This document shows positions 25,101 through 34,800 of a stretch of 64,000 nt of DNA, piece after piece. Every line of letters begins with the position of its first letter. Position 1 is the stretch's first letter. A model generated the notes under the pieces. That model did no database searches, had not been told where the DNA came from, and was given only the letters and a program-made list of their open reading frames with translations. A program made the position numbers and the translations under genes. Origin of the DNA: an uncultured Ignavibacteriaceae bacterium (GTDB taxonomy: Bacteria > Zixibacteria > MSB-5A5 > GN15 > PGXB01); the NCBI GenBank assembly GCA_964459465.1, contig CAYWLR010000001.1:35866-99865 (forward strand). The letters are read 5' to 3'.

Positions 25101-25252
25101 GGCATTCGCTTTTCCTCTATGGCCATTGCCGTGGTGGCAAGCACATTCTCAAAACTGTACGGTTGGCCGCCCTTGCTCACCTGGGCGATACCGCTGCCGG
25201 ATAGAATAAGCAGGCCGAGGCAGCACCATGCGATTGTCTTCAGCATCTTCAT
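22199..25252 (-). CDS. Secreted S1-family serine endopeptidase (lysyl-endopeptidase-like) with additional beta domains and a C-terminal dockerin-like module
   Basis: Signal peptide and pro-region. Catalytic motifs YFLTANHC (His), SDFCLLEL (Asp) and TEGGSSGSPLF (Ser), plus IVGQLHGGYASC. A jelly-roll/MAM-like region (..YDDWFVDDIGID) precedes the dockerin-like tail. Confidence 0.85.
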   Translation of the reverse strand: MKMLKTIAWCCLGLLILSGSGIAQVSKGGQPYSFENVLATTAMAIEEKRMPAVDVAAYKTQDSLDSFKDIPYRFGAPMDVDYTLDNSGTWEILSNGDRLWRLKISSPGAYSLNLIYERYYLPEGARLFIYNADGSHVIGAFTSDNNKEHERFATAPVKGDISILEYYEPKEVAGRGIIAISSVVHAYRDLFNRDVVKEAMGFGSSGSCNNNVNCPEGEPWQLEKRAVAMILTAGGSRICSGALVNNVRQDQTPYFLTANHCLPGSDTWIFMFNYESPTCANINGPTYMTVQGSTLRANYSTSDFCLLELDETPPPSYNVYYAGWSAVNVASTSSTGIHHPSGDIKKISFDYNAVTSANYLSTSGTTHWRVGNWEDGTTEGGSSGSPLFDQNHRIVGQLHGGYASCDNISADWYGKFSLSWTGGGSSSNRLRDWLDPDNTSTTILDGFDPSSTIAIAHTPLANTADTLNDYAVNAVITSSHPLVADSLLLYYRIATIWYKDTLLATGQPDEYRGYIPAQSPGTGINYYLYAINTAGSADTTVTYSFNVLNFGVSLNAAIDSGYAIKLDTAWFDLTLTNDGAYDDSYSLQVTSGLWPVSIWDQTGTMQISTSGLIPHGNTFNFKAAIEVQGTAYGDLDLAEITATSVADNSISDAVNLKAISEGQPIALPFYDTFPATFFDLDKWLYRSSGAAINDGGFNEPSSPYSLNFDGIPGGADTVITQVMDLRGLADVQVSFFYQPGGNADPPDIGDNLYFEYKNSSGGWSNLQTYMGDGTGTTEFSHGHMILPPEAYHAAFRLRIRNTATAGNYDDWFVDDIGIDFAPAINVQPIAINQVLLQGDSASEQLVISNAGDGRLYYELSASSVPGKSCLSEPADLKDTGVEWLSSIKSYGQILPGAADTVEIKILTTGLDKGIYNAQVDISSNDPDPAKNPITILVELTVMPLIQFICGDVNNDEAVNLLDILYVISHLYDSPAGPAPEPPEAGDVNADGNINLIDVLALISYLYDQPPGPEPQCP
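22202..22408 (-). other. Dockerin-like twin EF-hand module (C-terminal)
   Basis: CGDVNNDEAVNLLDILYVISHLYDSPAGPAPEPPEAGDVNADGNINLIDVLALISYLYDQPPGPEPQCP. Confidence 0.8.
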
Positions 25253-25380
25253 TTAATTTTCCCTGTTCCTATTTAATACGCCATTTTTCTCGTGCCATTT
25301 TCCAATTATCGGAAAATTTGCCCATCTCTTGCCTTATAAGGTTAACTCGACCGGAGTTTATGCCGATTCAAAACGTCCTG

Positions 25381-27564
25381 TCAGCCTTCGCAAATCGGCT
25401 CCGGCCCCGGCGGGCTGCCATAAATATAATCTATTAAATAAAGTATATCTATCAGGTTTACGTTTCCGTCACCGCTGGCGTCGCCCGAAACCATCGGCTC
25501 TGGCTGCGGTCCGGCCGGGATGCCATATAGGAAATCTATTATGTACAGGATATCAATCAAATTAACAGAACCGTCATCGGTAACATCACCGCAGGAATAT
25601 GCCGGCCCATCGACTACCGCAACCGGAACGATTGGACAATAATCGCTCCACTGATTTTGGACGTCGCGGGCACGCACACGATAGAAATAATCTCCGGGGG
25701 TTTTGCTCGAAAATGTATATGTCGTATCGGTCGCGGCAAAATCGGTTTTGGTCGCAAAACCCATGACCGGATATATATCATCGATATAGAAACCTTCTTC
25801 ATTCAGATAGGCATCCGTATAGTATGAAACGCGTATCCATATATCCTGGCCGACATAAGTGCCAAGACCGAAGCGTCCTTCCGCCCAGCCCGAGGAGAAC
25901 CCGGTGATGCCGTTGCCCCGGTTATTGCTGTGGGGATTATAATCGGTCGTGATATTACCCGGAAGGGGAGCAAAATTAATGCTGTCGGTGGAGACTTCCA
26001 CATAACCGTAATCCCAGTCTTCTTCGATGGCATACCAGATTCGCAGTTTGAGAGTATCATTAGGTTGAACCGTGTACGGATTATCGGTCTGAACATAGTA
26101 CTCACGGTTGTTGCCGGTGCCCGAAAAGAAGCTGGACGGTGCCGAATAACTGCGAGCGGCAGATATTTTGAAACCATAATCGGACCAGCCCTCAAAGCTT
26201 TCGGCCGGGTCAGTCAGGGGCTGGAAGTTCTGAAGTTCCTGCAGTTCAAAGGAAACGGCGGGATTGAGTGTATCGGTGTGTGTCCAGTGCAGATTAAAGC
26301 CGCTGGAATTGACGGTATTGGCGACATATAGTTCCGGCACAGCCGGAGGTTTCAGAGTGTATATTTTATCGGCAATGCGGGCCAGAAACAGATTGGGCCC
26401 GAGATTCTCGGATACCAATTGTGGGATGCGGGACGTGGCGGGCCAGAATCCATCGGCCTGGGAACCAACCTCCATAGTCATGGCAAATATCTTGTCTTTC
26501 AATGTCTGTTCACCATAAATCCAATCGTCACTGCTGCCGTTGACCACGTAAAGCTGCCATGACGGTCCGGGGATATAGCCGTTAAATGCATTTACCGTAT
26601 CTCCGATTTCGGTAAAAATATCATTATCCGGGGTAATCAGGCCGTCCAGATAGCCATAGGGCCACAGCAAAAGATTCGAATAGGAATGATAAAACATCGA
26701 AATGACAAAATTCCGGCTGGTAATGAAATCCCGAATTGCCTGCGTTTCCGGTTCGGAAAACGGCCCGGTGCCGCGGTAGGTGTCATCACTGGTGATGGGC
26801 GATGAACCCTCGTTGTCGTAGCCCCATTCATAACCGAAGTTACGATTCAAATCAATGCCGTAAGTTCCGTCACCGTTATTGCGGCGGTTTTTCCGCCACA
26901 TGCCGCCTCCATTAGGCTGAATAACCTGATTATGATAATACCCGTCCGGATTGACACATAAAATGAACCATAGTTCGCGATTATCGATAAGGGCAGTTAT
27001 TTCAGAATCAATGCCATAATTCGTCAGTAAATGGTCTATAAAATGAAACAACACCAGCGGCGTGATCACCTCGCGGGCATGAATTGCGGCAGTATAGAGG
27101 ACCTCCGGTTCGTTTTCATCGATATCAGGATTGTCGGAAATCTTAAAAGCCCATATGTTCCGACCCTGAATGGTCTGCCCGATACTGGCGGGTTCGGTGG
27201 TAATATCGGGATAATTAAGATGCATTAATGACATTTGTGATTCGATTTCCGATAGTGTCATATAACCACCCATGTCTTTATCCATCAGCCGCGACTGGTA
27301 AAAGGCCACAAGATCGTCATGAATAATGTCGATTTTAAGGTCGGAGGCCTGAAGTTTACGCATGGTTTCGTCATCGACAAAAACATCAACGTAATTTTCA
27401 AAGGGCTGGTAATCATCCAGCCGGAAAGATTCGAAAAGAATATAATCCGCCTTAGTTTGAAGATGGATTCTGGCTTGAATGACTTTTTCCTGTTCGGAAA
27501 AGACCTGCGGACATGAAATAATGAAAATCAGCGCTGCATAGGCAATAGTTCCAAAAATCCTCAT
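25381..27564 (-). CDS. Secreted M14-family zinc carboxypeptidase with jelly-roll/MAM-like domain and C-terminal dockerin-like module
   Basis: Start at MRIFGTIAYAALIF, preceded by GGAGG. Motifs: HAREVITP (HxxE), NPDGY, WRKNRR, GIDLNRNF, FYHSYSNLLLWPYGY and MTMEVG. Dockerin-like tail. Confidence 0.85.
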   Translation of the reverse strand: MRIFGTIAYAALIFIISCPQVFSEQEKVIQARIHLQTKADYILFESFRLDDYQPFENYVDVFVDDETMRKLQASDLKIDIIHDDLVAFYQSRLMDKDMGGYMTLSEIESQMSLMHLNYPDITTEPASIGQTIQGRNIWAFKISDNPDIDENEPEVLYTAAIHAREVITPLVLFHFIDHLLTNYGIDSEITALIDNRELWFILCVNPDGYYHNQVIQPNGGGMWRKNRRNNGDGTYGIDLNRNFGYEWGYDNEGSSPITSDDTYRGTGPFSEPETQAIRDFITSRNFVISMFYHSYSNLLLWPYGYLDGLITPDNDIFTEIGDTVNAFNGYIPGPSWQLYVVNGSSDDWIYGEQTLKDKIFAMTMEVGSQADGFWPATSRIPQLVSENLGPNLFLARIADKIYTLKPPAVPELYVANTVNSSGFNLHWTHTDTLNPAVSFELQELQNFQPLTDPAESFEGWSDYGFKISAARSYSAPSSFFSGTGNNREYYVQTDNPYTVQPNDTLKLRIWYAIEEDWDYGYVEVSTDSINFAPLPGNITTDYNPHSNNRGNGITGFSSGWAEGRFGLGTYVGQDIWIRVSYYTDAYLNEEGFYIDDIYPVMGFATKTDFAATDTTYTFSSKTPGDYFYRVRARDVQNQWSDYCPIVPVAVVDGPAYSCGDVTDDGSVNLIDILYIIDFLYGIPAGPQPEPMVSGDASGDGNVNLIDILYLIDYIYGSPPGPEPICEG
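25384..25593 (-). other. Dockerin-like twin EF-hand module (C-terminal)
   Basis: CGDVTDDGSVNLIDILYIIDFLYGIPAGPQPEPMVSGDASGDGNVNLIDILYLIDYIYGSPPGPEPICEG. Confidence 0.8.
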
Positions 27565-27787
27565 TTTGCCTCCCGGGCGGGTAAATTGTAACTCCTGCGA
27601 TGTAATTGGATACAATATAACAGGTTATCGGATATTTCAAAGACCTTTTTAACGATTTGGTGATACATCAGCAATTTTTTCGCAAAATCTGCCTCTAACA
27701 TGCGGTTATTTAATGATACGCCATAGTATTGCGGCTTCTTTGCGAACTTGAGGGAATTAAAATCGCGTTTGATGGGCAAATGAATCC

Positions 27788-27830
27788 AAAAAATCGCCCC
27801 GGCGATGCGAGCACGGACATCAGCCGGGGC
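27788..27830 (-). terminator. Intrinsic terminator (minus strand) about 270 nt downstream of the response-regulator gene
   Basis: GCCCCGGC(g)ATG ... CAT(ca)GCCGGGGC stem (27796-27830), followed on the minus strand by GATTTTTT. Confidence 0.6.
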
Positions 27831-28096
27831 TTGCTACTCAATCGAGCTCAACGGCCGAATTGAGTCCCCCCTCAAGGGATGAACCCTTTGGAGCAGGGTT
27901 CCCTGCTACCGGGAATCTTAAGTTTAAAGTTTTGGTAATCCTTACAGAAATAAATACAATCGAATGCCATGCCATTTTTCAAAGGTTTCTAAAGAATTTT
28001 TTACGTTGGCCATCAATGACTTAGGGCCATCAAAAAACAACCCTGCATGGAATCGTGTGAATTTTACAAAATTGGTGGCTAATTTGTCGGGTAAAA

Positions 28097-29443
28097 TTAA
28101 CCTTTGATGATATTAAGCTCGTTAATCATCTTGTGAAGATTGGCCGGGTCTACCAGCAATTCCCGCGCGGTGGCGCTGACATTATAGTCATTGCGGGCCA
28201 GGGCCTGAATGATCACCGTCTTTTTATAATTTTTTATTTTATCGGAAAGTGATTGGCCGTTTGGCTCCATAGTCGGATGTCTTTTTAAATATTTCATTAC
28301 GTCTTCGCAGGTTATATAAGATGACGGTGTCAGGTCATATAAAGACTGGACAGTGTCAAGTAGCTGGCGGACATTGCCGGGCCAGTCAAAGGCAATCATA
28401 TAGTCCAGCGCATCGGATTCGAATATTTTGGGAACGCATCCGTTGCGGTTGAAATAATTTTCAGAGAAATAATCAATTAAAAGCGGGATATCCTCGCGTC
28501 TGTCTTTTAACGGAGGCAAAGTGATGGTGATGCCGTTTATACGATAAAACAGGTCTTCGCGAAAGATCTCATCGGCCACCATCTGCTGTAAGTCACGATG
28601 GGTGGCGCAAATCAGGCGGATATCGGTTTTCTGGATTTCGGGTGATCCCACTTTGTGGAACTCACCGTATTCGATAATTCGCAAAATTTTGGCCTGGGTG
28701 GTGATATCAAGGTCGCCGATTTCATCAAGAAAAACGGTTCCGCCGTTGGCATATTCGAAAAGTCCGATGGTATCCGCAATCGCCCCGGTGAAAGAGCCTT
28801 TCAAATGTCCGAACAGCTGCGATTCAATCAAATCCGGAGCCTTATGATTGCAATTTAATATGCCCAGATGCGCCGAGCCTCGTCGGCTCGTTTTGTGAAT
28901 TGCCTTGGCCACCAGCTCTTTGCCACTGCCGGTAGGACCAAGAATAAGAATTTTGCTGTCACTTTGGGCCACCTGTTTAATTAGTCTGTAAACCTTCAGC
29001 ATGCCTTCCGATTTGCCAACCAATCCGTAGTCCTCAAGGGCGATTTGCCTTATAGTTCCAACATCGGTATGGAGTTTATGATGGATTACGGCGTTTTTGG
29101 CAGCGCGACGCAAACGGGCCGGACGTTCGTTTTTGATGATATAGTCAAAGGGTTGGTATTCCTTTTCGATTTCGCCTTCGCTATAGTCTCCGGGATAACC
29201 GGTATGAAAAATTATCGGCAATTCGCCGTCCCGTTCGTGAATTTTCCGGGCCGTTTCGAGTCCGTCCATTTTGGCCATGCGGATGTCGAGCACGACGGCA
29301 TGTATGTCCTTATTTACGTCAAGGATTTCCAGCGCCTGAAAACCCGAAGGGGCGGCCAAAACATCGTAGTCATCGGCGAAAACTTGAGTCAGGGCTTCCA
29401 TGACCAGAGGATCATCATCAACTATAAGTATACAATCAGACAA
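28097..29443 (-). CDS. Sigma54-dependent response regulator (receiver + AAA+ + Fis-type HTH; NtrC family)
   Basis: Receiver ILIVDDDP..VVLDIRMAKMDG, Walker A GPTGSGKE, sigma54-contact loop GSFTGA (GAFTGA variant), Walker B VFLDEIGD and C-terminal HTH NVSATARELLVDPANLHKMI. Confidence 0.9.
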   Translation of the reverse strand: MSDCILIVDDDPLVMEALTQVFADDYDVLAAPSGFQALEILDVNKDIHAVVLDIRMAKMDGLETARKIHERDGELPIIFHTGYPGDYSEGEIEKEYQPFDYIIKNERPARLRRAAKNAVIHHKLHTDVGTIRQIALEDYGLVGKSEGMLKVYRLIKQVAQSDSKILILGPTGSGKELVAKAIHKTSRRGSAHLGILNCNHKAPDLIESQLFGHLKGSFTGAIADTIGLFEYANGGTVFLDEIGDLDITTQAKILRIIEYGEFHKVGSPEIQKTDIRLICATHRDLQQMVADEIFREDLFYRINGITITLPPLKDRREDIPLLIDYFSENYFNRNGCVPKIFESDALDYMIAFDWPGNVRQLLDTVQSLYDLTPSSYITCEDVMKYLKRHPTMEPNGQSLSDKIKNYKKTVIIQALARNDYNVSATARELLVDPANLHKMINELNIIKG

Positions 29444-29489
29444 ATCATTATCCTGCTATATGATTACTGGCTAACAACCAACAGATGAA

Positions 29490-31772
29490 TCACTCATGCC
29501 CGGATACTAATATAATGAATTTTGTCCCGCTGTCCAGTTTTGATTCTAAAAAAATGCGGCCGTCATATAACGCCACAATGCGCTTGACGATACTCAATCC
29601 GAGGCCGGTCCCGGCGCTGGGGCGAGTGGTGAAGAAAGTATCGAAAACCCGCGCCTTATTTTCTTCCGGTATCCCCGGTCCCGTATCGGCCAGTTCGATA
29701 CGCACCTGATCGGCATCGACGGCGGCTGTTATATGAACTTCCTTGCGCGGGGAAGATTCCATTGCCTGCAAGCTGTTTAAAAAGAGATTGTTTAGCAGGC
29801 TGTAGGCATGGGGCCGATAAATGTTTATGCCGATTTCTTCCGGGACATCGACCCTTATGGTTGCGCCGATACCCTCGACCATGTCTCTGTTGCTGTCGAT
29901 GATTTCTGCAACGATTTCGGCCAGTGAATTTCTGTCCGTCTTTTTTTCGGCATCGAGCCGCGAATAGATTTTGACCAATTCCACCATGGTCATCGCCCGG
30001 TCAATGGCCCTTTCGGCAAGGTCCATCAGCTTCTGCTGCCGGTTTATTGAATCAGACGAATGATCATCCAGACGATTCTTCAACGTATCCAGGGCCGTCC
30101 GTGCTGGGTAAAGGGCGTTTAATATTTCATGCGCAACGCCGCCGGCGATGTCCTTGGCCTGCTTGTACTTTTCCGCAGCAATTAATTCTTCCTGGGCCTC
30201 TTTTAATTCCGTCAGGGCTTTGTCCAGCCGGTTTCTCTGGTCTTCGATGATTCTATTTTTCCGCCGAAAAGCCGTAAGAATAGCCCAAATTATGGCGGCT
30301 ATTATGCCCAGAGGAACCGCTCCGGCCAGAAAAGCCAAAAGCGGTTTTCGTGAAAAAATAGTATGCCAGGGAGCCTTAACCAGTTCATAAACATAACTGT
30401 CGCTGTTAATGCCCAAAGATACGGTGATTGTAATCTTTTTGCTCGGACGGGATATATGAGTTGCTCGATAACTATATAAATTGAATGGACCCGGTGCCTC
30501 TATTTCGGCCAGAGGTCCAAAACGGCCATCGGTCAGGAGGAGTTTGGTTGCCTCAATGGCAATCAATATTTGATTATCTCCACGACCGAGAAAATCCCGG
30601 CAATCAAAAACAGAGAACGAGGCCGACCCCAAAATATCTTCTAACATATCCAGATTATGGTCATAAGTGACCATCCGTCTTTGGGATGCGGTGATAAATA
30701 TCTCCGGAATTCCGTTTGAGTTGTAATCGTAAAGCTGAATCTCGCGAACCATGGACATCCCCGGGATCTCTCTGTTCGCAATCAGTGTTCCTTCAAGATT
30801 GTAAAGTTCGAGAAACATCCCATAGGAAACCGATGAGTCAGATGTATCCGTTTGTTTCGGCAATGACCGGGCAACCAAAATATCCAGAGCGTTATCGTGA
30901 TTAAAGTCATAAACGACCGGGGCAGCCGTGGTAAAAGAGGTTCCGGTTTCCACTTTCCACAATTCATGACCATCCCCGTCCAAAACGATCAGGTAGGAAT
31001 GGCTGTCATCCATATCTCCGGCGACGGCGGCGTTGCCTTTTGAGGCCACCCCGAATGCCACCAACAAACGACCGTCAGATGGGTTTTCAACGAGGTGAAC
31101 ATTCCGGCAGTTGATAATTCCCGCCATGTCATATCGCCACAAAATATTATCATTTTTCCAATCGAGGCAAACTATGCAACGGGGGTACAAATCATAGCCG
31201 GTATCCACAGAAAACAATATATCCTTAAAACCGTCTCCATTGAAATCATGGGCTTTGAGCATTAGTGCATAAGCATCCCAAACTCCCGATTTATCCCGAT
31301 CGACCCCGCTGATAATGAATTTCTTGAGCAGAACTTTCTTTTCGACGTCAACTATTTCCAGCCAGAGGCTGTCGCCCCTGACATAACAGACCGCGGCTTC
31401 TTCAAGATTATCATTATCGAAGTCGGCGATTAATGGCAGAGAAATGTTGTCGGTCGGTATATGATAATGCCAGATGGCGTTGTGGCGTTCAATGTCGGAA
31501 TAAAATAGGATACTCGACGCGGTTTCATCAAAGGCGCGCCCGCCGATGATTAACATTCCATAATTGCCGTCTTTATTTATCATTATAGGAAACGCGTTGT
31601 CGAAACTTTTCGATATCAGCTTATCCCTGATTTCGAACCGATAAGGCAAAATGAGCGGGTCATCGACAGGTTTTAATTCCCGCACTAAAGGGGTGGCCGC
31701 ATTAAGCGCGCCCGCCAGCGCCAGAAATATTATACCCGATTGGATGAGTGTTTTCATAATCCAAAATGCCAT
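29490..31772 (-). CDS. Sensor histidine kinase with a large periplasmic FG-GAP/VCBS-like propeller domain
   Basis: Signal/TM, repeated DFDNDNLEEA, DFNGDGFKDILF, YDFNHDNALDILVA and YDYNSNGIPEIF motifs, a second TM, coiled coil, H-box GVAHEILNAL, and N/G boxes DTGPGIPEE and GTGLGLSIV. Confidence 0.9.
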   Translation of the reverse strand: MAFWIMKTLIQSGIIFLALAGALNAATPLVRELKPVDDPLILPYRFEIRDKLISKSFDNAFPIMINKDGNYGMLIIGGRAFDETASSILFYSDIERHNAIWHYHIPTDNISLPLIADFDNDNLEEAAVCYVRGDSLWLEIVDVEKKVLLKKFIISGVDRDKSGVWDAYALMLKAHDFNGDGFKDILFSVDTGYDLYPRCIVCLDWKNDNILWRYDMAGIINCRNVHLVENPSDGRLLVAFGVASKGNAAVAGDMDDSHSYLIVLDGDGHELWKVETGTSFTTAAPVVYDFNHDNALDILVARSLPKQTDTSDSSVSYGMFLELYNLEGTLIANREIPGMSMVREIQLYDYNSNGIPEIFITASQRRMVTYDHNLDMLEDILGSASFSVFDCRDFLGRGDNQILIAIEATKLLLTDGRFGPLAEIEAPGPFNLYSYRATHISRPSKKITITVSLGINSDSYVYELVKAPWHTIFSRKPLLAFLAGAVPLGIIAAIIWAILTAFRRKNRIIEDQRNRLDKALTELKEAQEELIAAEKYKQAKDIAGGVAHEILNALYPARTALDTLKNRLDDHSSDSINRQQKLMDLAERAIDRAMTMVELVKIYSRLDAEKKTDRNSLAEIVAEIIDSNRDMVEGIGATIRVDVPEEIGINIYRPHAYSLLNNLFLNSLQAMESSPRKEVHITAAVDADQVRIELADTGPGIPEENKARVFDTFFTTRPSAGTGLGLSIVKRIVALYDGRIFLESKLDSGTKFIILVSGHE

Positions 31773-31784
31773 ATGATTTTATGC

Positions 31785-31813
31785 CAATATAAAGGGAATA
31801 AGTGAAAAGTCAA
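31785..31813 (-). promoter_or_regulatory. Possible sigma70-type promoter TTGACT-N17-TATATT (minus strand) for the two-component operon
   Basis: Plus-strand agtcaa at 31808-31813 and aatata at 31785-31790. Confidence 0.35.
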
Positions 31814-31879
31814 GAATACCTGTATGGATGACAAGGCGGAGAATAAGCAATTTGATTCTCCGCCCGAATGACCGATAAT

Positions 31880-34800
31880 TTATTGAACCAACTCTTTCAG
31901 TAATTCCTCGACCGCCCGAACCAGTTGTGGATCGCGGCCATTGATAAAATCATCGGGCAGGTTTTCGACATAAATATCCGGCTGGCGGGGATAGAGATCG
32001 GTGTCCTCCATGTCGGTCGTGTACGAGCCCGTTGAGGGTCGGCGGATACGGGTACCGTCAATTAGAGCATATGACGATGTTCCGATGACACCTCCGGAAG
32101 TAGCCGTCCCGATTATTTTGCCCAGCCCGAGCTTGCGGAAGCCCTCTGCGAATATTTCTGAATTAGAACCGGAATACTCGTTAATCAGAAGCACCATCGG
32201 TTTTTCCACGGCCTTGGAGCGCATTTTGTTCTCTGACGTCGCCGGCGTGTTTCGGAAAGAGCGCATGATATACGGCGATTTTATCAACATTCCCAGTAAG
32301 TGGACGGCGATATGTCCGCCGCCGTTATCTCTGACGTCGATAATCAGCCCTTCTTTCGCCTCCGCTATCGAGACCAGTTCTACGGTAAAGTCCTCGAGCG
32401 AGCCTTCCGACATTTCCGGAATATGAATATAAGCCAGTCGTCCGCCGGAAAATTCGTCAACCATGGCGCGGCGCTCGGCCACCCAATCTTTATACCAGAG
32501 TTCACGTTCAGCCATTATGGTTATCGGTTTGACCGGAACCTCCAGTATTTTTCCATGCGGCGTATCGGAAATACCAAGAACAACCCGACGCCCTACGGTT
32601 CCGGCCGTCAGGCGGTGCATACTTATTTGCTTTGATAACGCGGTACCATTTATGGTTCGCAGGTACTGACCCGGCTTGATTCCGGCTCGGTTGGCCGGGG
32701 AGCCGGAAAAGACACGATCGATTGCGAAATGGCCCTCCCGATCCAACGTGCGATAGTCGATCCAAATGCCGGTGGCCCCGGTTTGAATCAGTTCCGAAGG
32801 AGTCGCGCTTTTTCCATAAATCCAGAGGTGTGACGCCCGCAGTTCCCCGAATAATTCGAACATGATATTTTCGAATTCGGTATCGGTTCGGACGTGGTCG
32901 AGCAGCGGCCGATATTTTTCGCGGGCGGCTTTCCAGTCGGCACCGTGGAAACTTGCGTCGTAAAAATACTCGTTTAGCATCTGCCATGATTCCAGAAACT
33001 TCTGCCGATTGTTGGCCATCAGGTCGATTTCCAGGGGCGCCTTGAAAGTCAGTGCCGTCGTTTTGCCGCCGTCGATGACGCAACTTTTTATGACACCGCC
33101 CTCAAGATAGTACAATTTCTTTCCGTCGGAAGATATTGTAAGGTTGCTTTCGGCGGCGTCGGTTTTGGTCAGTTGCTTGAGGTCAGGGTCGTCTTTAACG
33201 TTGACCGACCAGATATCCGCTTTACCCAGCAGCGATGAAACGAAGTAAAACTTTTTTCCGTCGGGGCTTAAAACGGGGTGGTTGTCTGAAGCCGACAGCT
33301 GAAAGGCCCTTGCCCGGCGGTCCGTGATACGCCCGAAATCGATCTTGACCGGTTCGATTTTGGTAGAATCGCCATCCTTTTTCTCATCGACTTTTTTTCC
33401 TTTGTCTTTTCCTTTCTCATCGCTTTTGAACAGACTGTCCAGCGCCGCTTCGAAAAATTCCATCGGTTTGTGCTGCAAATCTATTTTGTATGTGTGCGAG
33501 TCATAACGCGACGCCGATGTGAAATACAGAATTTTGCCGTCCGATGAAAACCGCGGGTTGGAGTTCCAGTTACAAAACAACGACAAATTATACGTCTGCC
33601 CGTCAAGATTGACGGCGTATATGTCCGATTCCAGCGTCGGCCCGAAGACGGCATAGGCCAGCCATCGGGAATCCGGCGACCAGCCATAGTCAACTGAATT
33701 TTCAATGCCGAAATCGCCGAAATTACCCTTTACCCAGGCCGTCTCCGTGTTTTTCTCAAGGTCATAGCGGATGATATCATTGAGTCCCCGATAAAAGGCC
33801 AGATATTTCCCATCGGGAGAAACAATTGGCTTTAAGTCATTTTCGGGGGATCGGGTTATCTGCCTTTGTTCGCCGGTGACGGCATTGACCGAAAATATAT
33901 CGTGATTACCATTGACATCAGAGGCATAATATATCGTCCGCGAATCCTGGCCCCAGGCCGGATATGATTCGCGGGCCGAAGTGAGCGTCAGCGCCCGGCC
34001 CTCTTTGGGCTCTTCGGACGGTATGACATAAAGCTCGCCGTGAATAACTGCGGCGATTTTCTTGCCGTCGGGGGACAAGGCGAAATACTCGACGTTATCT
34101 TTGAATATTTTTTTCTCGATGACGTTTTTTATATCGTCGCTTTTTATATCAATGGGAATCTCCCGCAGGGATCCACTCCCGGGATTTAAAAGCCAGATTT
34201 TAAAATTCTGTTCAAAGACCAGCATGTCGCCCGCCGGGTTGGAATTGAGCCACTGGGCACCATCGTTGTCGAACGACGTTAGTGCGACCGCCTCGCTGCC
34301 GTCGCGTGGAATCTTCCATACCTGGGCGAAATTCCCATCACGGTTGGAAACAAAATATATTTCGTTTTTTGCTTCGTTCAGTACCGGCCAGAGGTCATGT
34401 CCCGCAAAATCGGTAATCCGTTGCGAGGTGAATGCGGCGCTGTTGCGGTCCAAAATAAAAATGTCGGAATTACGACTACCCCTCAAATCCCGCCGCCACC
34501 AGTTCGAATCTCCCGAACCGGTGCAGTACACGAGATAGCGGCCGTCGGATGATATTCTCCCGAAGTGTTCCTTTTCATTCATATATCCGGTAAGCTTGAT
34601 TGGGGTGCCGCCGTCGGCGGACATTTTATAAATGTCGGCCCAACCCTCGAGGCGTGAGGTGAAAAGAACCGAATCGCCCCCGGCAAACCAGGACGATCCA
34701 AGTTCGGTGGCGGATGTGAATGTCAATTGTTCCGGCTGTCCCCCGTCAGTCGGTATGACAAAAACGTCATAGTTGTCGAAGCGGTCGGATGAAAACATGA

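Noticed and set aside
25291-25297. A sigma54 -24-like element, TGGCACG (minus strand), 40 nt upstream of the S1 peptidase start and close to the sigma54 activator gene.
   Set aside because: The obligatory -12 GC (TTGC) is absent at the required spacing; the sequence there is AAAT, and the next GC is 3 nt too far. Other near-matches (12650s, 27690s, 27960s) also have the wrong GG-GC spacing. This is not enough for a promoter call.
27561-27779. A 72-aa minus-strand ORF upstream of and overlapping the M14 carboxypeptidase start.
   Set aside because: It has no RBS, a Lys/Leu-rich low-information sequence and overlaps the better-supported MRIFG start, which has a GGAGG SD. It probably lies in the promoter or leader region.
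27830-27935. A possible tRNA, SRP RNA or tmRNA in the structured GC-rich segment (acceptor-like GGGGC...GTCCCC pairing, GGTTCCCTGC).
   Set aside because: The spacing is too short for a cloverleaf. There is no 7-nt T-loop with a 5-bp stem, no GGAAGCAGC-type SRP domain IV motif and no tRNA-like CCA-proximal end.
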